The notes under the pieces were generated by a model that ran no database searches, was not told where the DNA came from, and was given only the letters and a program-made list of their open reading frames with translations. From the NCBI RefSeq assembly GCF_964355755.1, contig NC_092673.1, positions 33,601,648-33,665,647 of the forward strand: 64,000 bases of DNA. Reading direction: 5' to 3'. This DNA comes from Antedon mediterranea. Lineage: Eukaryota > Animalia > Echinodermata. Shown here piece by piece: positions 13,167-52,461 of this stretch (positions are counted from its first letter, which is position 1; each line of letters opens with the position of its first letter). The position numbers and the translations under genes are program-made.

Positions 13167-13576
13167 CGGTCAAGTGCCATTACGAGCAGTGAGTTTGTTG
13201 ACACATACAATGACGCGGATTTCACGTAATTCACCAGCTTGCAGATCTCCTCTCCGTAAGGCCACACTGACGCCGTGTAGTAGTGAAAATTAAACGGAAC
13301 ACAAATGACAGCTACTAAAAAGTCAGACCAAGCTAGGTTGCCAATTAGGATGTTTGTAGTCGTTCGCATACGTCTATAGGCGGCTATCACACAGCACAGT
13401 AACAGATTTCCAATACCAGATATAACCATCATACAGACATAGATGGACGCTAGGAATACTTTTATCGCTGGATGGACATCTGGAAATGACTCTTTTATCG
13501 GTGGTAGGTTGTTAATACTATATTCTTCATAATCATACGCATTGTAATTATTTAATGTTACATTCCAGAACTCCAT
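13167..13576 (-). CDS. Prokineticin receptor-like rhodopsin-family GPCR, first coding exon (N-terminus to TM3)
   Basis: ORF MEFWNVT...GIGNLLL (TM1 GN), NLAWSDFLVAVICVPF (TM2), WPYGEEIC, and SLYVSTNSLLVMALDR, close to the PROKR motif SLYVSTNALLAIAIDR. The exon ends inside the DRY codon at a CG|GTAAGC donor. No downstream exon was found in 1-13100. Confidence 0.85.
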
Positions 13577-14224
13577 AATGTCACATTTAAAAATACTTCA
13601 GCTTTCTGTATATTCACAACTGTCCAATTGTATTCATCTTTCTAAGTAGCAGAATAGATGTGTTCCTCTCAGATAATACTAGCTGTAGTCCAATATCTTT
13701 CGAATCACAATCATTAGTGCCGAATTTGTTACTACACTGTGCCTGTACTTGAATAATTTGCGTCAAGTATCACCAGCCAATCAGAAACGGTCCCGCCCAC
13801 TTTCAAATATTGAATTCATATTTTTCGTCTGATTATTTTGTCATTACTATAGTAAACCGGTTTTCTATATACGTGTATTATTTTCCATTGTCAATATCGA
13901 TTTAATAAATACTATTATTAGAACATTGTAGGTTTAACCACCGAATAGAAAAAACGTTCACCCGTGCAATGCAACCGTGCATACAAAGCCACTTTTCTAC
14001 ACAAATGTCCGTCCCATTTTACGTCCGGATATAACATTTGTACAATTTTTATACGCACACAAGTAAAACGCCGTAAAATGTGTACACGCACGTAAAAACG
14101 TCGTGCCAATTTCACGTGCGCATACAAAATCTCCTCTGGTATTTCCGTAATGGTGTTTGCATTATATTATTTAAATGGGATAAGGGTTTTGGCGAGTGTA
14201 TTTATTGCCGGCTTAACATGAATT

Positions 14225-14485
14225 TTAAGCGCTCAACAATATAACGCTGAGTGCAGCAATTATTAATTTAACATAATTGTTACGCGCTCGACAGCATAGT
14301 AGTCAAGAGTGCAATATTACTCAAACATCGTTTTTACGCGCTTGACAGTATAACTGTGGTGAGTGCAATTATTACTAACCCAACATGATTTTTACGCGCT
14401 CGACTGTATAACGTTACGGTGGTGAGTGCAATATACTAACTTAACATTATGTTTACGCGCTCAACGGTATAACGGATGAGTGCAT
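14225..14485. repeat. Degenerate ~60-bp tandem repeat
   Basis: About five units of TTTACGCGCTCGACAGTATAAC...GAGTGCAATATACTAAC. Confidence 0.6.
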
Positions 14486-16531
14486 TATTTATTTCATAAA
14501 TCATGTTCTTTATTCGGGCTCCTTATCTACATGTTTTTACGCTCGCATAAACATTATTTTAGTACGTGAGTGCCAAATGCCGTAACGGTACATTGCTGCA
14601 ATGTCAGAAATATAATCTTCGCGAGTAGAGAGCTATAAACAGCATATTTAATACGTTTATAGCTATCTGTAAATTTTGTATCTGATATCCTTTCAATTTT
14701 CTCAGTTTGTAATTAGAGAAAATGAATTGTGTAAATTATATAAATGAAGACGGTTTTTTACGGTCCAGTTGTCGTCGAAGTCGTCATCATTAGTTTAAAC
14801 AACATCTAGTCTCCTACATGCTACATTGATTAATGAATATGCCATAAATTGTATTCTCTACTGTCAATAAAGTATATCATCTTGAAAGAATTTTATTAAC
14901 TTGATTTAAGATAATGTCTTCCCTTTAGGCAATTCACTATTCCGGTTGACGGTTTAATTCTGATGTTCCAATTGTTAACTTTAAATCAATATTTCAGGAA
15001 ATTGCGTTATCATTTAACCAGAACGTGGAAAGGATCGGAGAAATTATAATAAGTGCATCTTCTTCCAAGTTTTATTATTATTTTCATAATTATTATTACT
15101 TGTGTTAATAATAAAACCTGCCTGTGTATTAATGTTACACAAAATTAAACACATACGTTATGACAGCGAACATGTGGTTGTACGTTTATAGTTTTCAATA
15201 TCAAATCATTATGAAATTACAGCTACTAAAATATAAAAGAGTATTACAAACTAGCGCGGTGGGATGTTATCCGTATTATAACAGGAAAAAGACAGGTTAT
15301 TTACCCATGCTAGGGGGGGTATGATAAAACCCCACCCTTTCACGGGTTATGTCTATAGGGAAAACGACCTTCTTCCCATATGGGATAGGCCTATTGTAAA
15401 TCCAATGTGGAGACTGGTATCAATCCCGTATGTTCGGGTTCTCACTCGATTGACTAGATATTATCATTCTAAATACTAATTTTTAAAAGAAATGAACGTC
15501 AAACCGCAAGTAAAGTAACCAATCACGACGCGATCGATCATCCGAAATGTCGCTTGTGATTGGTCAACTCATTTTGTGTTGTGTTTACGTTCCATTGCGT
15601 CCAAGCTGGGAACCTATACTTTAATATCACGAATAAAGAGACAATCTTTACAAGGGCGCGTGCGTGTGTACATTTAATAACAGAATACCAACGAGTTATC
15701 ATCCAGGCCCGCTCTATAATGTATGTGCATCTGAGTCGTATGAAGTAACCGTTGTGCAGACGCACGGCATATCATTATCGTCATTGTTTTTTTGTAGCGT
15801 ATCCGATAAACAATTAAGATAAATAGGCCTAGTAATAACTAATATTCAATCTTTTGTTTGTTTTTTAGTCGTAGGCCTTTATTTCGTCACTTTAGTTACT
15901 AGTGATTCGTACTGTACCAGCAAAGCCTCACGAACTCCGGGCGCGCGGTGTTTTTTATAATTTAACAAGAATTTATATGCACAGAATTTCCAACCTCGGG
16001 AAACCGTTATAAAGAGTTGTAAATGTATCAATCTGCCCATAAAGAAATGTTTAATCCCCGTGGCTGGGAAACTTGTTTTCATCCTAGGCTTTTTGACTAA
16101 TTGATATACAACTTTATGATTATGAAGAATGTGCTCAGCGATCAGTGATATTATTACAGTTAATAATTCCTCGTTCAGCGATACATTAAAATAGTGGCAT
16201 AGCCATTAACATCGGCCATAAAGTTATAAGGTTTCTTTAAAGAGGACATCAGTGACACTGTTAGACCACCGGGGGAAATTTTATAATTCATATGCCTAAA
16301 AGTCAGTCTATGATTTGAACCCAAGAGATTGGTAAGCAATCACATAAACCAGAAAGTTGCAATTGAATCAATTGAAACAATTCTGTGATTCTGGGAAACA
16401 AACATTCCTCATAGAAGCATTAAAATAAGTTTAAATTTATTGATTTTTTAAAGGCCCAAACTGTTATATTAATATATAGAGGGCAGCATTCATGTTATTT
16501 TACTGTGAAAAAACCACCGACCGGCGAAACG

Positions 16532-44726
<28,195 letters not shown>

Positions 44727-45940
44727 TATTAACAGATTTTAAATATTCAATATTTTCTTGTAAGAAAAGAACAAAACTATATACAAAAGTGATTACAATA
44801 TGCAAATGAGTACAGAACTCCACATATTCAAATTAGGTGCATGAGGATTCAGTCATACTTCGGTGGACATTTATTCAAACTTGTTGGTTATTCAGACAGA
44901 GCAGAGTTTGTTTATATGTTATTTATCACATTTTTATTTTGTGTGAAAATAACAAATTCTGTCAATAGTTATATTTGAATTTGTTCAATTACTCTCTCTC
45001 TCTAGTGACAATTTATCTGTGCAATTTTGTCCCGCTAACAACGTTTTCGGAACTGCAGCTGCTAAAATAATCTGACTCGTATATTTTAAATTATGTAATC
45101 ATCCTTTAGGTTGGTGTAACTAAAAAATAAATAGAATTGATGGGGAAATGTGTGATGTTGTCATTGAAGGAGTGGGGTAAGAGGGGAGAGCCATAATAAA
45201 TTTAAAATAAGCAAGAAAATAAACCAAACATTATTTTATTTGGAAAAACATATTGATAGACAAAAATAAATTGATATTCTTAAGTGTATAAATAGCATAA
45301 AACAAATGGTGTATAAAATACATTCAAAATTTCACAAAACATTGCTATGGTGGACTAATTTAGAAAAAGGAAAAACTTGCGATTTATTCATCATATTTAT
45401 GGTACCTAGCAAGAGCGTATCCATACAATGGTAATTATGGATAGGGTGAGCGTTAATTCATGGGTGTATTCCACCTCATTAGGCTTTGGATGTGCTACTG
45501 CCTAAAATAATTTATAATATAATAGAAAGTCATTAAAAGTATTATATAATTTATTCATTATGTGTACTATTTTGTCTCGTTTTGATGTCATATAACTATA
45601 AGCATAATTATTGTTAGTTTATTTAAATATTTGACTGACATAATTTCATTGGCTACATCCACTGCATTTGAAAGATAGTAGTGAAACAAGGAAAGAGTAA
45701 TTACTCTTCCCTGGTACACATTTTCCAGTGTTGTTTTTTTAAACATCACATCACTTTCCCCTCGGTCCCTGCAGCGGTCTGGTTTCATCTGTACCAACAA
45801 TGCTTTCCTAACAACTAAAATAAAAGAAGATGCACCCACCACCTCCCCAAAAAATTGTGCAATCTAAATGTTCAGTATTACATTTGTTTGTAGGGTTAGG
45901 CTGTATATTTAATATCCTTTAATTTTTGTGAACTATTACA

Positions 45941-46094
45941 CTCTGTCCACACTATCAAACTAGTTTTGACAAATAATTGTGATGTGCCCAAAAATATGGC
46001 AGTGCTATACCAAAATATGGTAGTGCTATGGGCACATCACTTTTAATAATACAAATTTTTTTGCCACATAAAATTTGATAGTGTAGACAGAGCT
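45941..46094. mobile_element. MITE family A copy in the POFUT1 3' UTR region
   Basis: CTCTGTCCACACTATCAAAC ... TTTGATAGTGTAGACAGAGCT, about 30 bp beyond the POFUT1 stop. Confidence 0.8.
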
Positions 46095-46126
46095 TTACAC
46101 GGAATAATAATCCTGGTAAAGTAACA

Positions 46127-49100
46127 TCACAGTTCAGTTTTGTTACTATCTATATTTTTGGGTTTTTTCATATCAAAATACCAAAATGAAGATGGCTTAT
46201 TTGCAGCATCTCTTTCCCGTTTGGCAAATGCAGAGAATGAAGAAACACAGTTTCCAATGTAGTGGTCCGACCTGCCCAGAATTGCCAAATCAACGTGTGG
46301 TTCACTCGGTGTCCGTTGAATGATTTTTACCTGTGCAAAAAAAGCAAATATTTTTTTTTTTTAAACACAGGAGAACCGATTGTTTAAGGTAAGTAAATAT
46401 GATGTCGTTAGGCAGGAATTCATGCCGATATTGTTGGCACTTTATGTATGGTAAATGGCGCCCCCTGCCTTAACCACTCGACCATTTGACTCTCTTTAAA
46501 TAATGCTAATAGCCCAGTGGTCTCATACTTCCAAAAAGTTTTAAATATTGTAGCCATACCTTGGTACCCTTCAGGTCTGTTTTCAATTCTTTTAACGAAG
46601 GATTATGATCAGTCGCTACGTACACCGCGGTAGCTTTGATCTTTTTAATAATTGTCTTCAATTGTTTAGCAATCATTTGTCGGTCAGGGTAACATAGTTC
46701 ATAAGACATTTTGCCGTGTTCGTTGTTGCTACCGAGACACTGCGGCGACGCAAAAAACTGTTGACCGCTCGTTGCGTGTTCACAAGCTTTTTTCTGAAAA
46801 CAAATAATTTGCATATGTTAGGTATAAATAATTACTTTATTTCACATCAATTTGCCATTGGTTCCATGGTTTGTTCTGTGATTACCCTATTTTAGTATGT
46901 TGCTTCATTGTAGAAGCTATCACAGCGCTTGTTTGCATAAAAGCATGTGCAGGTGCTCTGTGGCATTATGTAGTGCAAAAGTTCTTACAAAGTCGGATCC
47001 TCGTCTCAGATGAACCCCAACGAACGGACCGTCAGAAAGTTCTTTTGCTATGAAGTCTTCGGCTTCGCTGTTGATGAAGTTAGACCATTGTAGAAAAATG
47101 TGCAGTTTACGATTTTCTGCATTAACGGGAAATGCGGCGGGTGCCCCGGAGAAAGCTAGCACTGGGTACGTAGAGACGGGAAACCTGTAATTGCATAAAG
47201 GAAATCATGTTAATAAATACGAACGTCTTTGTTGGTTCAATTGACACGCATGAGTAATTTTGGCCCGTACTTTTTTGGCAAGAATTCATACTTGTCAAAA
47301 ACACAAAATCATCATCAAACATATATGAATATATAATCCATGGTCAAGTTTAATTCCACCCCCTAATTGATGGACACATGACTTTGATCAATTCCATTGT
47401 ATAATCCCACTCTCCAATTCAGACTCCTGGGACATGCTTTGTCATATACATCTCCGCCTGACCCCGTTTTGAATTGATGCTGTGAGAAACATAATTTGTT
47501 TAGGCCTAATTTAATTTGTATTTCACATCACGCATTGAAATTCAATATATCATATACTGTATTTATTAGATTACACTGGCACACCTGGCCAACGAAAGAA
47601 ATAAATGGCACAAAATAGTAGAGCGCGCTATGTCCAACGATGATGAACCCTATTGATGGTGACTTTTATATAATACTTGAATGGTTTTAAATTATTGATG
47701 AACATTAGCTAACTAGTAATGTGTTCCCTTTCTAAAAATAACTCAAAGGTGATCCTAAAGCAGAGAAATATTCTGTAATACGTCACAGACCTCACGTTAT
47801 CCTTCATGGTCTCTGACTATATAATGTGTTACAGTTCACATTCAATCAACGTAACACTAGATATGTGCATCATAAATTCTACTTTGACTGGAGTTTGAAC
47901 CTATTACCTAATTGATAGGTAAAAGCACTTACACTTCGTGCCATTTTTCTTTTATATTTGAATACTGTGTTGAATAAGAGAGAGGTTGGTAGGACCGATG
48001 GTTGTCAAATTCGATTTTGAAGTTGTCCCAGAACGGTCCAAATGGATTCCCTTCCTTCATTGGACATTTTCCATTATCTCGAAATACGTAACAAATACCT
48101 GAAATATTCCAAAACATTATGTAATGTATAATTGCATTGATATATATTTAAATGTATTGTGAATGAATGTACTACAAGATGAGGGCATATCAACTTGTTG
48201 CTCGTGTCTCCAACTGAGTACGAGTGTTGTTCCACCTTACTACGCCAAGGGTGTCGATATCTATTGTTGACAATACCATGAAAGGACCAGTGGTCTAAAG
48301 CTCTGTCTGCACTATTAAGTTTTATGCGGAAAAAAAATGTGATGTGCTCATATACCGACATAATGATATCATATCACTACTGTAGCTGGGCATATCACTA
48401 CCATATTTGGGCACATCACACTTGATTTGTCAAACCAGTTTGATAGTGTACACAGAGCTTTATGGTTAGGACATCAGCAGAAGCTGTCTGGTTTGAATCA
48501 TGGTTCAGGAAGCTTAATTATTCCCATAGATTCCCTCATCTTTGCTGTTCGTAAAATTAATTACATTTAAAATTGTAATATTTCTGTGATAAACTTTGAT
48601 ATATCATGCAGTGTGGTGTAAGGGCTATGAGCACTCACTGGCAAAACCCAGGGGCCCCAGAGGTCAGGGGCCCTGCAGGTCAAGGACCCCAGCATGAGTA
48701 ACGGGCAGTCCAATGCAACTACACAGTGTCTAAACCAGGGGCCTTTTGCCCTATACGTTATGCCACTACTATCATGAAGAATCCTCCACAGTTATATAGG
48801 CCTATTACTGATATTTTTAAATGCCATATTCAGATAGGATACTTTGGTATCTTCACTGCATTTTGACCTTGATGTTCCTGCGGTCTGACCCCATTCATAC
48901 TCTTAAATTTAAAACAATTTCCTGGATAGGCCTTTAATTTGTATAATTCTTTTGTGAACAAGACAACTCTCCATGAACCTTCTCTAATCTATCTACAACA
49001 TTTCATGTAATTGGGTAGCGAGATAAGATCTTATTGTAAACTATCGGAAATTTATTTTTTAACACTTAAAAATGTTACTGCCAATCCAGGCCAATAATTA

Positions 49101-50812
49101 CCTTGACACATAAACCTTATTTAACTTATATATGCTTACTAATGAACTTGCCATTCAAAAACCTATTCCTGGTCTTAGGCATGTCAATCAGAATTTCCTT
49201 ACCACATATATTCATGCCTGTAGCCTGGGGGGATTGGTAGGGTTTCCCTGAAGTATACATTTCAAATTAGAGGTTAGCTACAGGACTAGGTGCCTGCATA
49301 GCCTGGCACTTTGCCCCATTTTGGGTGAAAAGAACCTCCACATTTCTGGCTACAGGCTTGATATTTGTGTTTTTTTTTTAATTTTATTAAATATGTATTG
49401 CTAAAGCTTGATTTCTACTTGAATGCAATGTAAGGATGTCAATGGGCTGAAAGTAATTTGACCAGTCATAATGGATCGTCAAAAATGTCGCCTTTGATTG
49501 CGACGTACCTATGTTGTTGCTTGTCTACTATTGTACTAGTCACAATAGTGACCTCATGACCTTTATTAAAGTTAATGTTTCCACATACACTAATGTTTAA
49601 TAATGCATTACTATATTAATGACTTACCTGTACGTTCTCCAGGGGGCCATATAACTGGAGCAATTTCTTTCATAAATTTTTCCATAGTGATTACTCTATG
49701 AAATTTTTTTAGTGGCTCAACTTGAAAATATTTATCAAAGGGAATCTGGCTCTACGGGAACAAAATGCAAATGTAAAAATTATTAAATAACAGTGTCTCT
49801 GCTGCAGTTATCCATTTGGGTATAATCCCGCTTTTGGGACACCCGTATTAAATGCAATTCCTCGTAAAACAAATGTAGGGAGATTTTAAGTTTGAATAAC
49901 AAGAAAACCAACCCCTATTACGGGGATACTTTGATTGGGCCTGAGGATGTCCCTTTAATACAGGTTCTAGAAATGAATTTTATTTAGACTTCAGGATTTA
50001 CCGATTTGAAATGATTTATGGTTGAATTGTTGCTTGTGTTTTTATTCTAAGAGAGTTTAATTTGTTAATAACTTACTGAACTGGGTTTCATATATTCATA
50101 CTCCACCCAGGGTGGTAGAATTAATGTTCTATCTAAACCCTTAGCAAAAGCTAATGCTCCTAGAAAATGATCAGCCTGGTTCCCGAATCGACCTATTGAA
50201 AAAATAAATTATTTATTATCATTTTCATTATTAATTAGCAGAAATAACATTTCTCATTCATTGTAATAGTTGTTCAGAAAAGACCAAAAGTGACCAGGAA
50301 ATTCACACACAAATAGCATTGGTCAACAGTTTTAGGATAGAATTGTTTTGATATTTATTCTTTGAGACAAGCATCATTATTTCCACTTGTTTTGTGGACG
50401 AAATAAAGGTATCTTATCTTATAAGATACAATAGTATAGGTGTATATCAATACAGTACATGCATGTAAGCTTGGTTCCCACTAGAACGTAACGCAAGGAC
50501 GTAAACGCAACGCAAGCGTTTTAACCAATGACCAGCGAAGTTATAGACAGTTAGCAATCACAAGCGAATAAGCCATCGCTTGTGATTGGTCAATTCATTT
50601 GCGTTGCGTTACGTCCTTGCGTTGCGTCGCTAGTGGGAACCACGCTTTATTTAACATCTATGGTAACTGTACTTACCCATACATGGGCAGTATGCCACAT
50701 AACCTTTCTTATCATATTCAAACCCTTCTGGAATGTCCAATCCAGAAGTTGTTGCTATACCAACTGCTGATAAGAAAGCTAATTTACAGAAGAACCCTAT
50801 TATTTGCTCCAT
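46127..50812 (-). CDS. POFUT1: GDP-fucose protein O-fucosyltransferase 1, 7 coding exons, ~391 aa
   Basis: complement(join(46127..46330,46560..46793,46989..47184,47933..48098,49628..49751,50077..50192,50677..50812)), 1176 nt. Signal-peptide-like N-terminus, [84 protein letters not shown], and a C-terminal KDEL-like ER retention signal KTEL. Confidence 0.95.
48299..48459. mobile_element. MITE family A (AGCTCTGTCTACACTATCAAAC TIRs) inserted into a tRNA-like element
   Basis: TIRs AGCTCTGTCTGCACTAT / ATAGTGTACACAGAGCT; it splits GGTCTAA|TGGTTAGGACATC. Other copies at ~1542-1690, 5625-5741, 17866-17937, 18060-18335, 34990-35132 and 53250-53440. Confidence 0.85.
48609..48768. mobile_element. Small hAT-like MITE
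   Basis: CAGTG...GCCACT ends with a near-perfect 8-bp TSD, ATATCATG / CTATCATG. Confidence 0.55.
50468..50646 (+). mobile_element. MITE family B copy in POFUT1 intron, 30 bp from the exon 1 donor
   Basis: Almost identical (few substitutions) to the reverse complement of 5061-5238. Confidence 0.85.
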
Positions 50813-51366
50813 CCTAGACACAAAAGAAAAGGGGGATTGGTTTGATATCAATTTCCAGGAAATGTGTTCACATTCTCCTTTTTTACAGATGGCCAACGTA
50901 CGTCAAGGAGGACCTAGCGATGAGATGGTAGAAAACCAATTAACCTCATCCTAATCTGTGATTTTGTGCCGTTATTTTCCAATATTATTGCCATTTGCTT
51001 TTAGAGCTATGTCTTTGCACTTTAATAGGCTTACATTATTACCGTATGCTTTCTAGCAGCCTTTACCGTTTGGCCTTCGTGTAAGTGGTTTGGCCATAGA
51101 TAGACCTACCTACGTCCAGGACCATATTTAAGCGCAGCTTAAAACTCTCTGTTCGTGTGACGTCTCGCCAGGCCTTCCAATTTAAACCGTAATAATATAT
51201 TAACATGTTTCTAACACTACAATAACCTGGTTTTTGTATCCATTTGTTATACAAAATACTAATTTTTACCTAGCTAAACAAACCCGTATCAGCAGGAGTG
51301 TTACTTCTACATCCACCACAAGATTTTCATTCAAGCATGAACTAAACAAAACGAAAGGTTACTCAC

Positions 51367-51931
51367 AGGTCATGGCAGCCAATTGGAAAGGAACACGTCA
51401 TTGTATGGGAAACCCCCCCCCCCTATTCAGCCAATCACTGGCACGCCCTCTTTTTTATTTGTTATTCCAATTTTATAGGTCTTATATCTTAATTTTCTCT
51501 ACGTAAACTACCTTTAAATTTAGTCGAATAAATATAAATTATTCCTCAAATGGTAGAGGGAAGTTTTACTGCGGATAGTATTTTGTGATTGAAGTCATAA
51601 ATCTTAACTGACCTGGATTTTTAAGATATGAATTATAGCTCATTATAATAGATTTATTTACCAAGTCAAAACACATTCTGAACTATATGTGTTGCTTTTT
51701 ATGAATAACTGCCACAGTTACAAGATTAATGGTGATTTCGTACATGATATTAATTAATCCCGGGGCGCGCGTGTGTGTGAACCCAATCTTACATATCCAG
51801 GTCAGTGGAGTGAAATTGTCATGTCATGCTTGAGTAGTTTATTATCTAATCGCGCAATACGCCCCCATGTGTGATCGAAGTCTACATACATGTAAACTTC
51901 GTGCACTGCATGTTGTATGTTGAAACGAAAA
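51367..51931. promoter_or_regulatory. Putative bidirectional promoter between POFUT1 and ACAD11
   Basis: Head-to-head genes. Candidate non-coding first-exon donors at 51366 (minus, CT|GTGAGT) and 51932 (plus, AA|GTAAGA). CCAAT boxes at ~51379 and ~51432; CpG/CGCG patches at ~51760-51865. Confidence 0.5.
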
Positions 51932-52461
51932 GTAAGAATTTCTGTATTATTGAATTACTTAGCATTATGTTTTATAATTTGTCATGATATTTAACTCAGC
52001 TGGACCTCTAGTAGTAGGCTAGGCTAGTTTAAGTTAGCGGTTAGCACTTAGCTAGTAGGTCCAGCATTAGGCCCGGCCGGGCCGGGCCTACTTTAAGGCC
52101 TAGCTAGGTAGTAGCTACTAGTAGTAGTAGTAGTAGTAGTAGTAGCAGCAGATAGGCCTAGGCTAGGCCTACTTTATACTTTAAGACCTCTAGTAGTAGA
52201 GTAGTAAGTAGGCTATAGTAGACAGGCTAGGCCCTTAGCTAGCTAGTTTAGAAAGTAGTAGTAGACCTAGGCCTCTATCCTAGAGTCCTAGCTTTATTAT
52301 GACGACATGCATATTGATTTAGTACACTAGCCTCCATCCAGGCCTAGGCTAGCTATGCTAAGGAAGTATTTCATTTTGACAAACCATATTCCGAAAAGAG
52401 AGCATTTATATTTCATCCAAATTAAATCTTAATGGTACAGCCTGAACAGAATTAATTGAAA

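Noticed and set aside
50813-50896. Longer POFUT1 N-terminus from the ORF track (MAICKKGE...)
   Set aside because: The segment contains a strong polypyrimidine tract and AG acceptor, and the signal peptide begins at the Met at 50812.
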